From an uncultured Victivallales bacterium (GTDB lineage Bacteria > Verrucomicrobiota > Lentisphaeria > Oligosphaerales > JAFGRS01): DNA of 64,000 nt. The notes under the pieces were generated by a model. The model was given only the letters and a program-made list of their open reading frames with translations, was not told the DNA's origin and searched no databases. Position 1 is the stretch's first letter. Every line of letters starts with the position of its first letter. The stretch is taken from contig CAILUI010000200.1 in the NCBI GenBank assembly GCA_903837355.1, positions 2,311 to 66,310 of the forward strand, written 5' to 3'. Of the stretch, positions 27,488 through 35,594 are shown in pieces. The translations under genes and the position numbers were made by a program.

Positions 27488-29800
27488 TCATCCCTTGCTG
27501 CTGAAGAACCCGGCCGCACGCCGCACGCCGGGCAGGACGAAGGCAAGCACGATCAGCCCGGCGACTGCGACGGCCGCCCCCAGGGCTGCCTTGAACCACG
27601 GACGGACGTAGAAGCTCCAGGCAAACAGCCGGTTGAACGGGGCCTGCAGCCCATGCCAGTCGGACATCCGCGTCACGGCGCCGCGCGTGGTGAGCAGTGG
27701 CCCGGCCGCCGGTACGGATCCAAACAGCAGCGCTGCCGAGGGCGAGTGGCAGTCTGTGCAACCGCCGCTGCCCAGCGCCTGCGTGGCGGGCCGGACATCA
27801 TGCCCGACCGCCCATGAGCACGGCGCCGCGGCCGGGTCGTCCACTGCCTCCAGCGCCGTACCGCCCGCCGCTGCCAGCCGGAACAGTTTGCCCGAACTCA
27901 CATAGCCATAGGCGACTCCCGGCGCCTTCTCCGCCGCGGCCAGGACCTGCAGCACGCGGGCGACCTGGTCCTCGTTGAACGCTTCTTCGCGCCCTGTCGT
28001 CGCGGCGACGGCCGCGAAGACGAAGTCCGGGAGCAGCGGCGTGGTCGCCGCACTCTGCTGCCATACCCAGCCGGTCAGTGCCGGCGGCGTTTCCAGGGTC
28101 GTGGCCTCGATGGCGCCATTGGTCACGGCGTAACGCTTCGTACCGACGATCAGCACTGGCTGGCCGGGGGCCCCAAGCCACTGCGACAAGGACTGCAGCG
28201 TCGCCTGCAGGCGGGTCGCGACAGCAGACTCGAGGTCGACGGCAGGATCGAAATCCGGCAACAGCGGCAACAGCCCATCCGGACCCAGCCGCCCCCACCA
28301 GCACCCCGCCCGCGCCCCCGCCGGGGCCGGCTGCGTCTGCACACGCCCATCCGCGGTCGGCTCGTAGACCGCGTTATCCATGACCAGCACCGCCGGCGCC
28401 GGCGCCTCGACATCGCGGCGCAGCGCGCTGAGGATACCAGCCACCTGCTGGGCTGCATCCAGGATGCCTTTGCCGGCCAGCGTCACCGCCTCCGGCCGCA
28501 ACGGCGTGGTCTTGCCGCCTTCGGTCCGGGCCCAGAAGGCCGGCCAGGCCATCCGGTGCGGCGCGATCTTGCCGTCGAAGGTCTTCATGAACACCGGTTC
28601 GACGATCTGCGGCGCGCTGGTGAACCACTGCGCCCGACCGTGGACGCCGAGGCGGTTGGCACGGGCCGTGCGTACCCGCTGCGGCTCTTCCTGCGGCCGG
28701 TAGCTGGAGTGACAGACCGTGCAGGAGAGCTTCTCGAAATGGCTCGGCGGCAGACCGCGGTGCAGCGGCCGGGGCGCGCCGAGGCGACCGGCCGACGCCG
28801 TGCCGGCCGTGTCCGTGCCTAGGTGACAGCCGCGGCAGGAGAAGTCGCCCGCGCCGCGGGAGGTGCCTACTTGGGGTTCGCCCTCGTAGCCGCGGATGAC
28901 TTGGTGATCCTGGCCATTGCGGTGGCAATCGGCGCATTGCAGGCCGGCCCGGCTGTGAACGTCGCCGTCTACCTGCCAGCGCTCGCTGTTGACGGGTGTT
29001 ACCGAGTGACAGAACAGGCAGTTGCGGTCTGGCGGCCGGTAGCTGAGGTCGATGAGCGTGCGGTGCTTGGCGTCAAACTGGCCCTGATCGTAGCGGATGT
29101 AGGGCGGCACCGCATACTGATGGTCGTCGGGATTCGGGCCATCAATCTGCCGCCAGCTTTCCCGTACGCGCGAGGCCATGCCGCCGACGTCGCCGAAGCC
29201 GTCGGCAGCGGTCGCGGCCCAGCGGAAGTTCTCGCGTGCGATCTGTTTGGCCCACTCGCTGGGGTCCTGCCGAGGCGAGGCGCCGTGACAGGCCTGGCAG
29301 TGGACGTCCACCTTGCCCGAGACGTCCCAGCGGGCTTCGGGGTCGGCGAACTCATCGGCCGGCTCGCCCCAGCCACCGCCCGGGAAGTGCCGGCCCCAGA
29401 GCTTCGTGCACTGCCAGGGCGTGAGCCCGAGGTCGGCCGGCTTCCAAGTCTGTGGCCAGCCATGGCCCGACACCGGGATCTGCGTCCCGGTTGCCGAATC
29501 CACCCAGAACCACGGTTGGGCGGGACGGCCCAGTTGGCTGGCCGGGACATCCGGGCTGAAGTGGAAACCGCCGGCGATAGCGGCGTAGTCGTGGCAGGAG
29601 CCACAGGTCTGACGCGAGGAGTAGGGGGGCGCGCCCGGCAGCGCCGGCACGATGGCGTCGCCAGCCTCGTCGGTCAGCACCAGCCGGTGCACCGGCGTGG
29701 TGCGACTCCCGTCCCACACCTCGCCCCGGCCGGCCGGCTCCTGGGAGCGGGCCGTGGCGATCAGAAGCAGCAGTGTTGCAGCGGCTACGGGGATTTTCAA
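27488..29800 (-). CDS. Multiheme cytochrome c (7 CxxCH motifs), signal peptide and C-terminal membrane anchor
   Basis: CGSCH, CQACH, CLFCH, CADCH, CRGCH, CTVCH and CTDCH. TTG start at 29800 overlaps the upstream TGA. Hydrophobic N- and C-termini. Confidence 0.88.
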   Translation of the reverse strand: MKIPVAAATLLLLIATARSQEPAGRGEVWDGSRTTPVHRLVLTDEAGDAIVPALPGAPPYSSRQTCGSCHDYAAIAGGFHFSPDVPASQLGRPAQPWFWVDSATGTQIPVSGHGWPQTWKPADLGLTPWQCTKLWGRHFPGGGWGEPADEFADPEARWDVSGKVDVHCQACHGASPRQDPSEWAKQIARENFRWAATAADGFGDVGGMASRVRESWRQIDGPNPDDHQYAVPPYIRYDQGQFDAKHRTLIDLSYRPPDRNCLFCHSVTPVNSERWQVDGDVHSRAGLQCADCHRNGQDHQVIRGYEGEPQVGTSRGAGDFSCRGCHLGTDTAGTASAGRLGAPRPLHRGLPPSHFEKLSCTVCHSSYRPQEEPQRVRTARANRLGVHGRAQWFTSAPQIVEPVFMKTFDGKIAPHRMAWPAFWARTEGGKTTPLRPEAVTLAGKGILDAAQQVAGILSALRRDVEAPAPAVLVMDNAVYEPTADGRVQTQPAPAGARAGCWWGRLGPDGLLPLLPDFDPAVDLESAVATRLQATLQSLSQWLGAPGQPVLIVGTKRYAVTNGAIEATTLETPPALTGWVWQQSAATTPLLPDFVFAAVAATTGREEAFNEDQVARVLQVLAAAEKAPGVAYGYVSSGKLFRLAAAGGTALEAVDDPAAAPCSWAVGHDVRPATQALGSGGCTDCHSPSAALLFGSVPAAGPLLTTRGAVTRMSDWHGLQAPFNRLFAWSFYVRPWFKAALGAAVAVAGLIVLAFVLPGVRRAAGFFSSKG

Positions 29801-31188
29801 GCGAGGAACTCCCCTTCGTTGAAGTGGAGTTTCCGCGCCTGCTCGACCGCCTCGTTGACACGCAGGACCGCCACCGCGGTCTCGTAACCAACCTGGGCCG
29901 GGCAGTTCAGCGGGACGCCGAGGCGGATGGCATTGAAGAAGTTCTCGAGGTGCGGTTGGTGCGCCGGCTTGGCCAGTTCGACCGGCAGCGGCCAGTTCCC
30001 GGACTCCATGGTGACGCGCACGTCCACCGTGACATCGCGGGTGGCAGCGCGAACGATCGGCGCCTTCACCGGACTGAGCAGGCCCATCTTGACGTAGGGA
30101 TCCCAGTCGGGGGCGTGCGGCTCCCGCATCGCGGCGTTGCCGCGCGACGGGACCTCGGAGATCAGCAGCGAACCATTCTCGCCCATGAAGGTCTCGTAGA
30201 AGCCGCCGTGGGAGGTCGTGGTCAGGACTTGGTAGAAGGCGCGCGCCGTTCCCTCCGGCGTCTCGTAGTCGAAGATCGCCATGACGTTGTCGTACCATTC
30301 GTGGAGTTTGTAGAAGTCGATTCCGCCTGCCGCCGTTACCGCGCTTGGGTTACGTCCGAAGACCCAGGTGAAGATGTCGATCTGATGCGAGCCCAGATCG
30401 ACGATCGGACCGCCGCCGTACTTCTTGTACCAGCGCCAGTTACGGAACTGCGACATGGATGCGTAACCGTACTTCTCGAGGATGTCCGCCGGGACCGGGC
30501 TGCGCTCTGGCCAGCCGAGGTCTTCGCTCTTGGCGCGGTTCCACTGCCCGTACCCGTGCGTCACCCGACCAAGGAGTTTGACGTCGCGGATGAGCTTGTT
30601 CACCGCGTGGATATAGCGCGGATTACTGCGGCGCTGGTGCCCGATCTGCAGGAGCTTGCCGGTCTCCTTCGCGGTCTGCACCATGGTGCGGGCCTTTTCC
30701 AGGCTGTTGGACATCTCCTTCTCGCAGTAGACGTGCAGCCCGGCGCGCATGCAGGCATTGGCGTGCTCGGCATGCATCCAGTCCGGCGTCGCCACGATGA
30801 CGGCGTCGAGGTCCTTCTCCTTCTCCAGCAACTCGCGGTAATCCTCGTAGACGTTGACCGTATGGCCGTATTTCTTGAGGTAACGGCTGCCGTACTGCTG
30901 GCTGTAAGCCCAGATATCGCAGACGGCCTTAAAGCGGATGCCGGGGATACGCAGGGCGGCCTCGATCAGCACCCGGCCCTGAGCCCCGACGCCCATCACC
31001 GCCACGTTCAGGTCGTCGCCCTTCGCTTTCGGCGCGGTTGGCGGCGCCGCCGCGGCTGGGGCTTCTTGCGCCAGCGCGGTCTGCAACACGGAGGATGCGG
31101 CCAGGCCGGCTCCCACACCGGCCGAGGTGCGCAGGAAATCGCGGCGACTGGCGTCCGCCGCAGGCAGGGAAGTAGCGTTCTCGTCCAT
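29797..31188 (-). CDS. Tat-exported Gfo/Idh/MocA oxidoreductase
   Basis: SRRDFL Tat signal, MGVGAQG, ATPDWMH, YCEKEM, GHQRRS, NWRWY and DLGSHQID. Confidence 0.92.
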   Translation of the reverse strand: MDENATSLPAADASRRDFLRTSAGVGAGLAASSVLQTALAQEAPAAAAPPTAPKAKGDDLNVAVMGVGAQGRVLIEAALRIPGIRFKAVCDIWAYSQQYGSRYLKKYGHTVNVYEDYRELLEKEKDLDAVIVATPDWMHAEHANACMRAGLHVYCEKEMSNSLEKARTMVQTAKETGKLLQIGHQRRSNPRYIHAVNKLIRDVKLLGRVTHGYGQWNRAKSEDLGWPERSPVPADILEKYGYASMSQFRNWRWYKKYGGGPIVDLGSHQIDIFTWVFGRNPSAVTAAGGIDFYKLHEWYDNVMAIFDYETPEGTARAFYQVLTTTSHGGFYETFMGENGSLLISEVPSRGNAAMREPHAPDWDPYVKMGLLSPVKAPIVRAATRDVTVDVRVTMESGNWPLPVELAKPAHQPHLENFFNAIRLGVPLNCPAQVGYETAVAVLRVNEAVEQARKLHFNEGEFLA

Positions 31189-31315
31189 AAGCGATCCACC
31201 CTTTCGGTTAGGCGCGCGTCAGCATAGCGCCGGGTCGCTGTAATCGCAAGACGGCAAGGCGCGCTTTGGTAATGCCTCGCTAAAGTCCGCAGCAACCCGG
31301 CTTTGCGGGCACGCT

Positions 31316-31355
31316 CTGGAGGGGGCGAATCCTGCTGTCCAGCAGGACCCTCCAG
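31316..31355. repeat. Family H-related nested hairpin upstream of the cytochrome operon
   Basis: Outer stem CTGGAGGG...CCCTCCAG encloses TCCTGCT-GTCC-AGCAGGA. Confidence 0.55.
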
Positions 31356-31413
31356 GCCGGCCCCCGGCTGGCGCCAGACACACCTACAGGCGAACCGCGG
31401 CCCCTTGCTTTTC

Positions 31414-31467
31414 GTCATGGGTCATGGGTCATGGGTCATGGGTCATGGGTCATGGGTCATGGGTCAT
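31414..31467. repeat. Perfect heptamer tandem repeat (GTCATGG)7 + GTCAT
   Basis: Read directly from the sequence. Confidence 0.95.
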
Positions 31468-31481
31468 TCATACGACCACGA

Positions 31482-32210
31482 TTACGATAGCGATGTCGGG
31501 GTTCGACCGCTCTCCCGTTCCAGACGGCGGAGGGCGGCCACGACCTCCTCGATGGGCAGGCCGATGACGTTGCTGCGCAGACCAGCGATCTCGGCAACCA
31601 GCATCTCGCCGTGCTCCTGAATGCCGTAGGCACCGGCTTTATCGAGCGGGTTGGCGCAGGTGCAGTAGGCCTGGATGGTCTCCGCAGGCAGGGCGGCGAA
31701 ACGAACGCGCGTGCGGCAGACCCATGCCTGGCGCTGGGCGGGTTCGCGGCACACCAGGGCGACGCCGGTGAGGACCTCGTGCCAGCGCCCCGACAGCGCG
31801 GCGAGCATGCGCTGGGCGTGGGCGAGGTCGGCGGGCTTGCCGAAGATCACCCCGTCGAGCACGACGACGGTATCCGCACCGAGCACGAGCGCCTGCGGGT
31901 GTCGCCCGGCCACGGCATCGGCCTTGGCCAGGGCCAGGCGCCGGACGTGGGCCGCGGCGGTCTCCCCGGGCAGCGCGGTTTCATCGACGTCGGCAGCATC
32001 GACACGGATGGCAATCCCCGCCTCCTGCAGCAGTTGCCGTCGCCGTGGCGAGGCACTAGCCAGGACGAGGGGGCCAGGCCTCGAACCCTCCAGCGGCGGG
32101 CGGACGGGTTCGGGAGACCGCGTGACCGCGGAACGACGGACGGAGCCCCCGCCGCCCGGCCGGTTCTGAGTCTGTCGTTCCGCCTGCAGGCGGTCGAAGC
32201 GGGGCGACAT
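31482..32210 (-). CDS. maf: Maf family nucleoside triphosphate pyrophosphatase (start uncertain)
   Basis: Motifs LVLASASPRRRQLL, GADTVV, GKP, LSGRWHEV and DKAGAYGIQ. Confidence 0.88.
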   Translation of the reverse strand: MSPRFDRLQAERQTQNRPGGGGSVRRSAVTRSPEPVRPPLEGSRPGPLVLASASPRRRQLLQEAGIAIRVDAADVDETALPGETAAAHVRRLALAKADAVAGRHPQALVLGADTVVVLDGVIFGKPADLAHAQRMLAALSGRWHEVLTGVALVCREPAQRQAWVCRTRVRFAALPAETIQAYCTCANPLDKAGAYGIQEHGEMLVAEIAGLRSNVIGLPIEEVVAALRRLERESGRTPTSLS

Positions 32211-32215
32211 GCGGG

Positions 32216-33703
32216 TCAGTCCTTCTTGCGCCAGCCCTTCTTGCGTTCCCGGTGCCGTGCCATAGCCTGAACCACGGCGGCCTTCTGGCGCTGCGCTCCG
32301 GAGGCGGCGCGCCGCGCCCCGTCGTCCGGCGTGGCATCGGCGCGTTGGCGGATGTCGAGCCGGATGGGGAGGCCGGTCTGCGGGAAGAAGGCTTCGCGGA
32401 TCTGGTTCTCCAGGAAGTGCAGGTAGTGCGCCGGGCAGGCCTCGCGGTCGTTGGCGAAAAGGACGAAATGCGGGGGCGGATTGCCGGTCATGGTGCCGTA
32501 GAAGACCTTGAAGCGGCGGGTCGTGGCGGACGGGGGCGGATTGCGCGCCAGCGTGTCCTGCAGGAACTGGTTGAAGACGCTGGTGGGAACCATCACCTTC
32601 ATCTGCTCGCGCAGGTAAAGAATGTGGTCCAGGATGGCGTTGACGTTGTAGCCATCGAGGGCGCAGATCACCTGCACCGGCGCATGCTTCATGAACTGCA
32701 GCCGTTCGTAGACCGAGTCCACGAGCTCGCGCTGTTTGACGCCCTCGGCGGCCGCCAGGTCCCACTTGTTGACCAGCAGGATGCAGGGCTTGCCGGCATC
32801 GAGGACCATGCGGGCGATGTTGCTGTCCTGCCCGGTGGCGGCCTCCATGGCATCGAGCACCAGCAGCACCGCGTCGCTGCGGCGGATGGCCTGTTCCGTG
32901 CGCGTCATGCTGAAGAAGTCGACGACCGTATCGATCTGGCGTTTGCGGCGCAGGCCGGCGGTGTCGATCAGAATCAGCGGCACGTCGACGGCGCCGTCGC
33001 GCATGGTGACCGGCACGTCGATGGCGTCGCGGGTGGTCCCGGCGACCTCGCTCACGATCACCCGCTTCGCCCCGAAGATGTGGTTGACCAGCGAGGACTT
33101 GCCGACGTTCGGCCGCCCGACCACGGCAAGCTTCATTACCGGGTCCGGCCCCAGGGTTCGCGTGGCCACGGGCAACTGCTCGGCGACGGCATCCATGAGG
33201 TCCCGGATACCGCGCTTGTGGGTGCAGGAGGTGGGAACGATGGTGCTGAAGCCCAGGCGGCTGAATTCGGCCTCGGCGGCACTGGCGCGGGTGTCATTGT
33301 CGGCCTTGTTGGCCGCGATCACGACCGGCCGCTGCGCGCTCCGCAGGAAGGCGGCGACCTCTTCGTCCTGGGCGGTGACGCCGGACTGGCAATCCACGAC
33401 CCAGATCAGCGCGGTGGCCTCTTCGACGATCGTCGCCACCTGCTCGCGGATCAGCCCGTCGAACAGGCCCACATTCTTCTCACGCCGGCCCACGCCCAGG
33501 CCGCCCGTGTCGACCAGGGTGAAATGGTGCTCGCCATGCGACCCCGGTGCCGCAATGCGGTCACGCGTTACGCCGGCCTCCTCGTGCACGATGGCGACGC
33601 GGCGGCCGATGATGGCGTTGAACAACGCCGACTTGCCGACGTTGGGGCGGCCGACGATGACCACCAGCGGGACCTGAGTTGCTTGCGTCATGGTGGCGCT
33701 CAT
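32216..33703 (-). CDS. der: Ribosome biogenesis GTPase Der (EngA)
   Basis: Two tandem GRPNVGKS G-domains with DTGG/DTAG and NKAD/NKWD, followed by a KH-like C-domain. Confidence 0.96.
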   Translation of the reverse strand: MSATMTQATQVPLVVIVGRPNVGKSALFNAIIGRRVAIVHEEAGVTRDRIAAPGSHGEHHFTLVDTGGLGVGRREKNVGLFDGLIREQVATIVEEATALIWVVDCQSGVTAQDEEVAAFLRSAQRPVVIAANKADNDTRASAAEAEFSRLGFSTIVPTSCTHKRGIRDLMDAVAEQLPVATRTLGPDPVMKLAVVGRPNVGKSSLVNHIFGAKRVIVSEVAGTTRDAIDVPVTMRDGAVDVPLILIDTAGLRRKRQIDTVVDFFSMTRTEQAIRRSDAVLLVLDAMEAATGQDSNIARMVLDAGKPCILLVNKWDLAAAEGVKQRELVDSVYERLQFMKHAPVQVICALDGYNVNAILDHILYLREQMKVMVPTSVFNQFLQDTLARNPPPSATTRRFKVFYGTMTGNPPPHFVLFANDREACPAHYLHFLENQIREAFFPQTGLPIRLDIRQRADATPDDGARRAASGAQRQKAAVVQAMARHRERKKGWRKKD

Positions 33704-35310
33704 GCTTTCTGCTCTGCCTGTCCGGCCGTGGCTCGGGCCAGGGTCACGGCGTGACCCAAGCGGCGGAGCGCGCTGTCGCGACCCAGGACGCTGAGTGTTT
33801 CGTAGACCCCGGCGCCGACGGTGCAGCCGGTGCTGGCCACGCGGATGGGCTGGTTCAGACGGCCCGGCTCGATGCCGCAGGCCGTAGTCACAGCGGCGAC
33901 GACGGTCTCGATGGCCGCCGGCGTCGCGAAGTCGGCCTGTCCCAGGGCCGCCGCCAGGCTGGCGAGCGCCTCGGGGATCCCGGGCTTGGCCAGGAATTTG
34001 CGTACTGCCTTGTCATCGTAGGCCGGGATATCGGTGAAGAAGTACCCCCAGCCGGCGACGTCCGTCCACAGCTTGGTCCGCGATTGCAGCAGGCGGGCCA
34101 CGGCCGTCAGCCGCGCCTCGTCCGCGCCCGGCCCCCAGGCCGTGGCCGCGGCGGCCTGGCGGGCGCCGGCCAGGAAGGCGGCAAAGGGCAAGTCGGCAAT
34201 GTACTGCCCGTTGAGATTCAGCAACTTGACTGCATCCATCTGCGCCGAAGATTGTTGCACGCGTTCGAGGGAAAAGGCCTGCTGCAGTTCGGTCCGGCTC
34301 AGTTTCTCGCGTTCGTCACCCGGGTTCCAGCCCAGCAGCGTCAGATAGTTGAACAGGGCTTCCGGCAGGTAGCCCTTATCACGGAAATCGCCGACAAAGG
34401 CATCGCCGTCGCGCTTGCTGTAGGGCTTGCCGCTGGCATTGACGATCATCGGCAGGTGGGCGTAGGCCGGGGCGGTCGCGCCGAGAGCCTGGAAAAGGAA
34501 CAGGTGCCGGTAGGTGTTCTCGACGTGATCGTCGCCGCGGATGATGTGCGAAATACGCATGGTGACGTCGTCGACCACGTTCGCCAGATGAAACACCGGC
34601 GAGCCGTCGCTACGTACGATCACGAAGTCCCGCATGCTGTCCAGCGGCTTGCTCAGGCTGCCCTTGACCAGATCCTGGTAGGTGATGGCGCGTCGCGTAA
34701 AGCGCAACTGCGCCGCACCCTCGACCGTGAAACTCTCCCCGGCCAGCACGCGCTGGATGGTGTCGTTGAGGCGGAAGCGCACCTGACCGGCGCCGTCGAC
34801 CACCTCGAGATCGCGGAAGCCGGCCAGACCGGCGCCCGCGGGCGCCGGCGTGCCCTTGGCCGAGGGCGCGGCGAACTGCACCCCGTCCGGGCCGACGCGC
34901 ACCGGCTCGGAGGCGTGCACGGCTAGTTGGGCCGGCCCGGTCACACTCACTCCCGAGACCCGCTCGGCGTCCCAGGGGATGCGAAAGATGATGGCCTCGC
35001 CGTCGCCGCCCTTAGCGGCGGTGTAGGCGTCGCCCTGCGCCAGCAGCCGCGCCGCGGCCCGCGTGTGCTCGCCGCGCTGCTGCGTCTGGTAGATGGGCGT
35101 TTCGTCAACATCGAGCCCGAGCCACTGCATGACCTCGAGCAGGGTCGCGATGGCGGCGGGGGTACTGCGCTCGAGGTCGGTGTCCTCGATGCGCAGCAGA
35201 AAGGCGCCTCCGGCATGCCGGGCAAACAGCCAATTGAAGATCGCGGCACGGATATTGCCGATATGCACCTGCCCCGTCGGCGATGGCGCAAAACGAACAC
35301 GTACAGACAT
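33700..35310 (-). CDS. gltX: Glutamate--tRNA ligase
   Basis: RFAPSPTG..HIGN, LRIEDTD, IIRGDDH, PYSKRDG (KMSKS-equivalent) and an anticodon-binding C-domain. Confidence 0.93.
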   Translation of the reverse strand: MSVRVRFAPSPTGQVHIGNIRAAIFNWLFARHAGGAFLLRIEDTDLERSTPAAIATLLEVMQWLGLDVDETPIYQTQQRGEHTRAAARLLAQGDAYTAAKGGDGEAIIFRIPWDAERVSGVSVTGPAQLAVHASEPVRVGPDGVQFAAPSAKGTPAPAGAGLAGFRDLEVVDGAGQVRFRLNDTIQRVLAGESFTVEGAAQLRFTRRAITYQDLVKGSLSKPLDSMRDFVIVRSDGSPVFHLANVVDDVTMRISHIIRGDDHVENTYRHLFLFQALGATAPAYAHLPMIVNASGKPYSKRDGDAFVGDFRDKGYLPEALFNYLTLLGWNPGDEREKLSRTELQQAFSLERVQQSSAQMDAVKLLNLNGQYIADLPFAAFLAGARQAAAATAWGPGADEARLTAVARLLQSRTKLWTDVAGWGYFFTDIPAYDDKAVRKFLAKPGIPEALASLAAALGQADFATPAAIETVVAAVTTACGIEPGRLNQPIRVASTGCTVGAGVYETLSVLGRDSALRRLGHAVTLARATAGQAEQKA

Positions 35311-35473
35311 GGGACTGGTTCCGTGACTCATGGCGCGGTCTGGGCGCGGGGACCGCTGGTACTCAAGGGTTTCTCCGCCGCGGGGATCCCGGACGACGCC
35401 AGTCCGGTTCCCGACGGTGAACAGCAAGCGCCGTACTATACCCTCTCGCAGGTGTTTAGCGCGCTCGCGCGGA

Positions 35474-35517
35474 GGCCTGAAGGGCCGAGATCCCTCAGCC
35501 CAGGCCAGCGGCCTGGG
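35474..35517. repeat. Dispersed REP-like palindrome (family P), copy 1
   Basis: ATCCCTCAGCCCAGGCCAGCGGCCTGGG. A homologous inverted copy lies at 62449-62492. Confidence 0.65.
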
Positions 35518-35594
35518 TGAAGGTGGCGCAGCGCCGCGGCCTGAAGGGTCGCGCTAGCCCCCGCGCACCCATCCCGCCCCTTCAGCGCTCTCGC

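Noticed and set aside
29801-30298. N-terminal 166 aa of the 936-aa cytochrome ORF
   Set aside because: It overlaps the Gfo gene in another frame. The signal peptide starts at TTG 29800.
31303-31620. ORF with SWVMGH repeats
   Set aside because: Translation artefact of the (GTCATGG)7 tract, antisense to maf.
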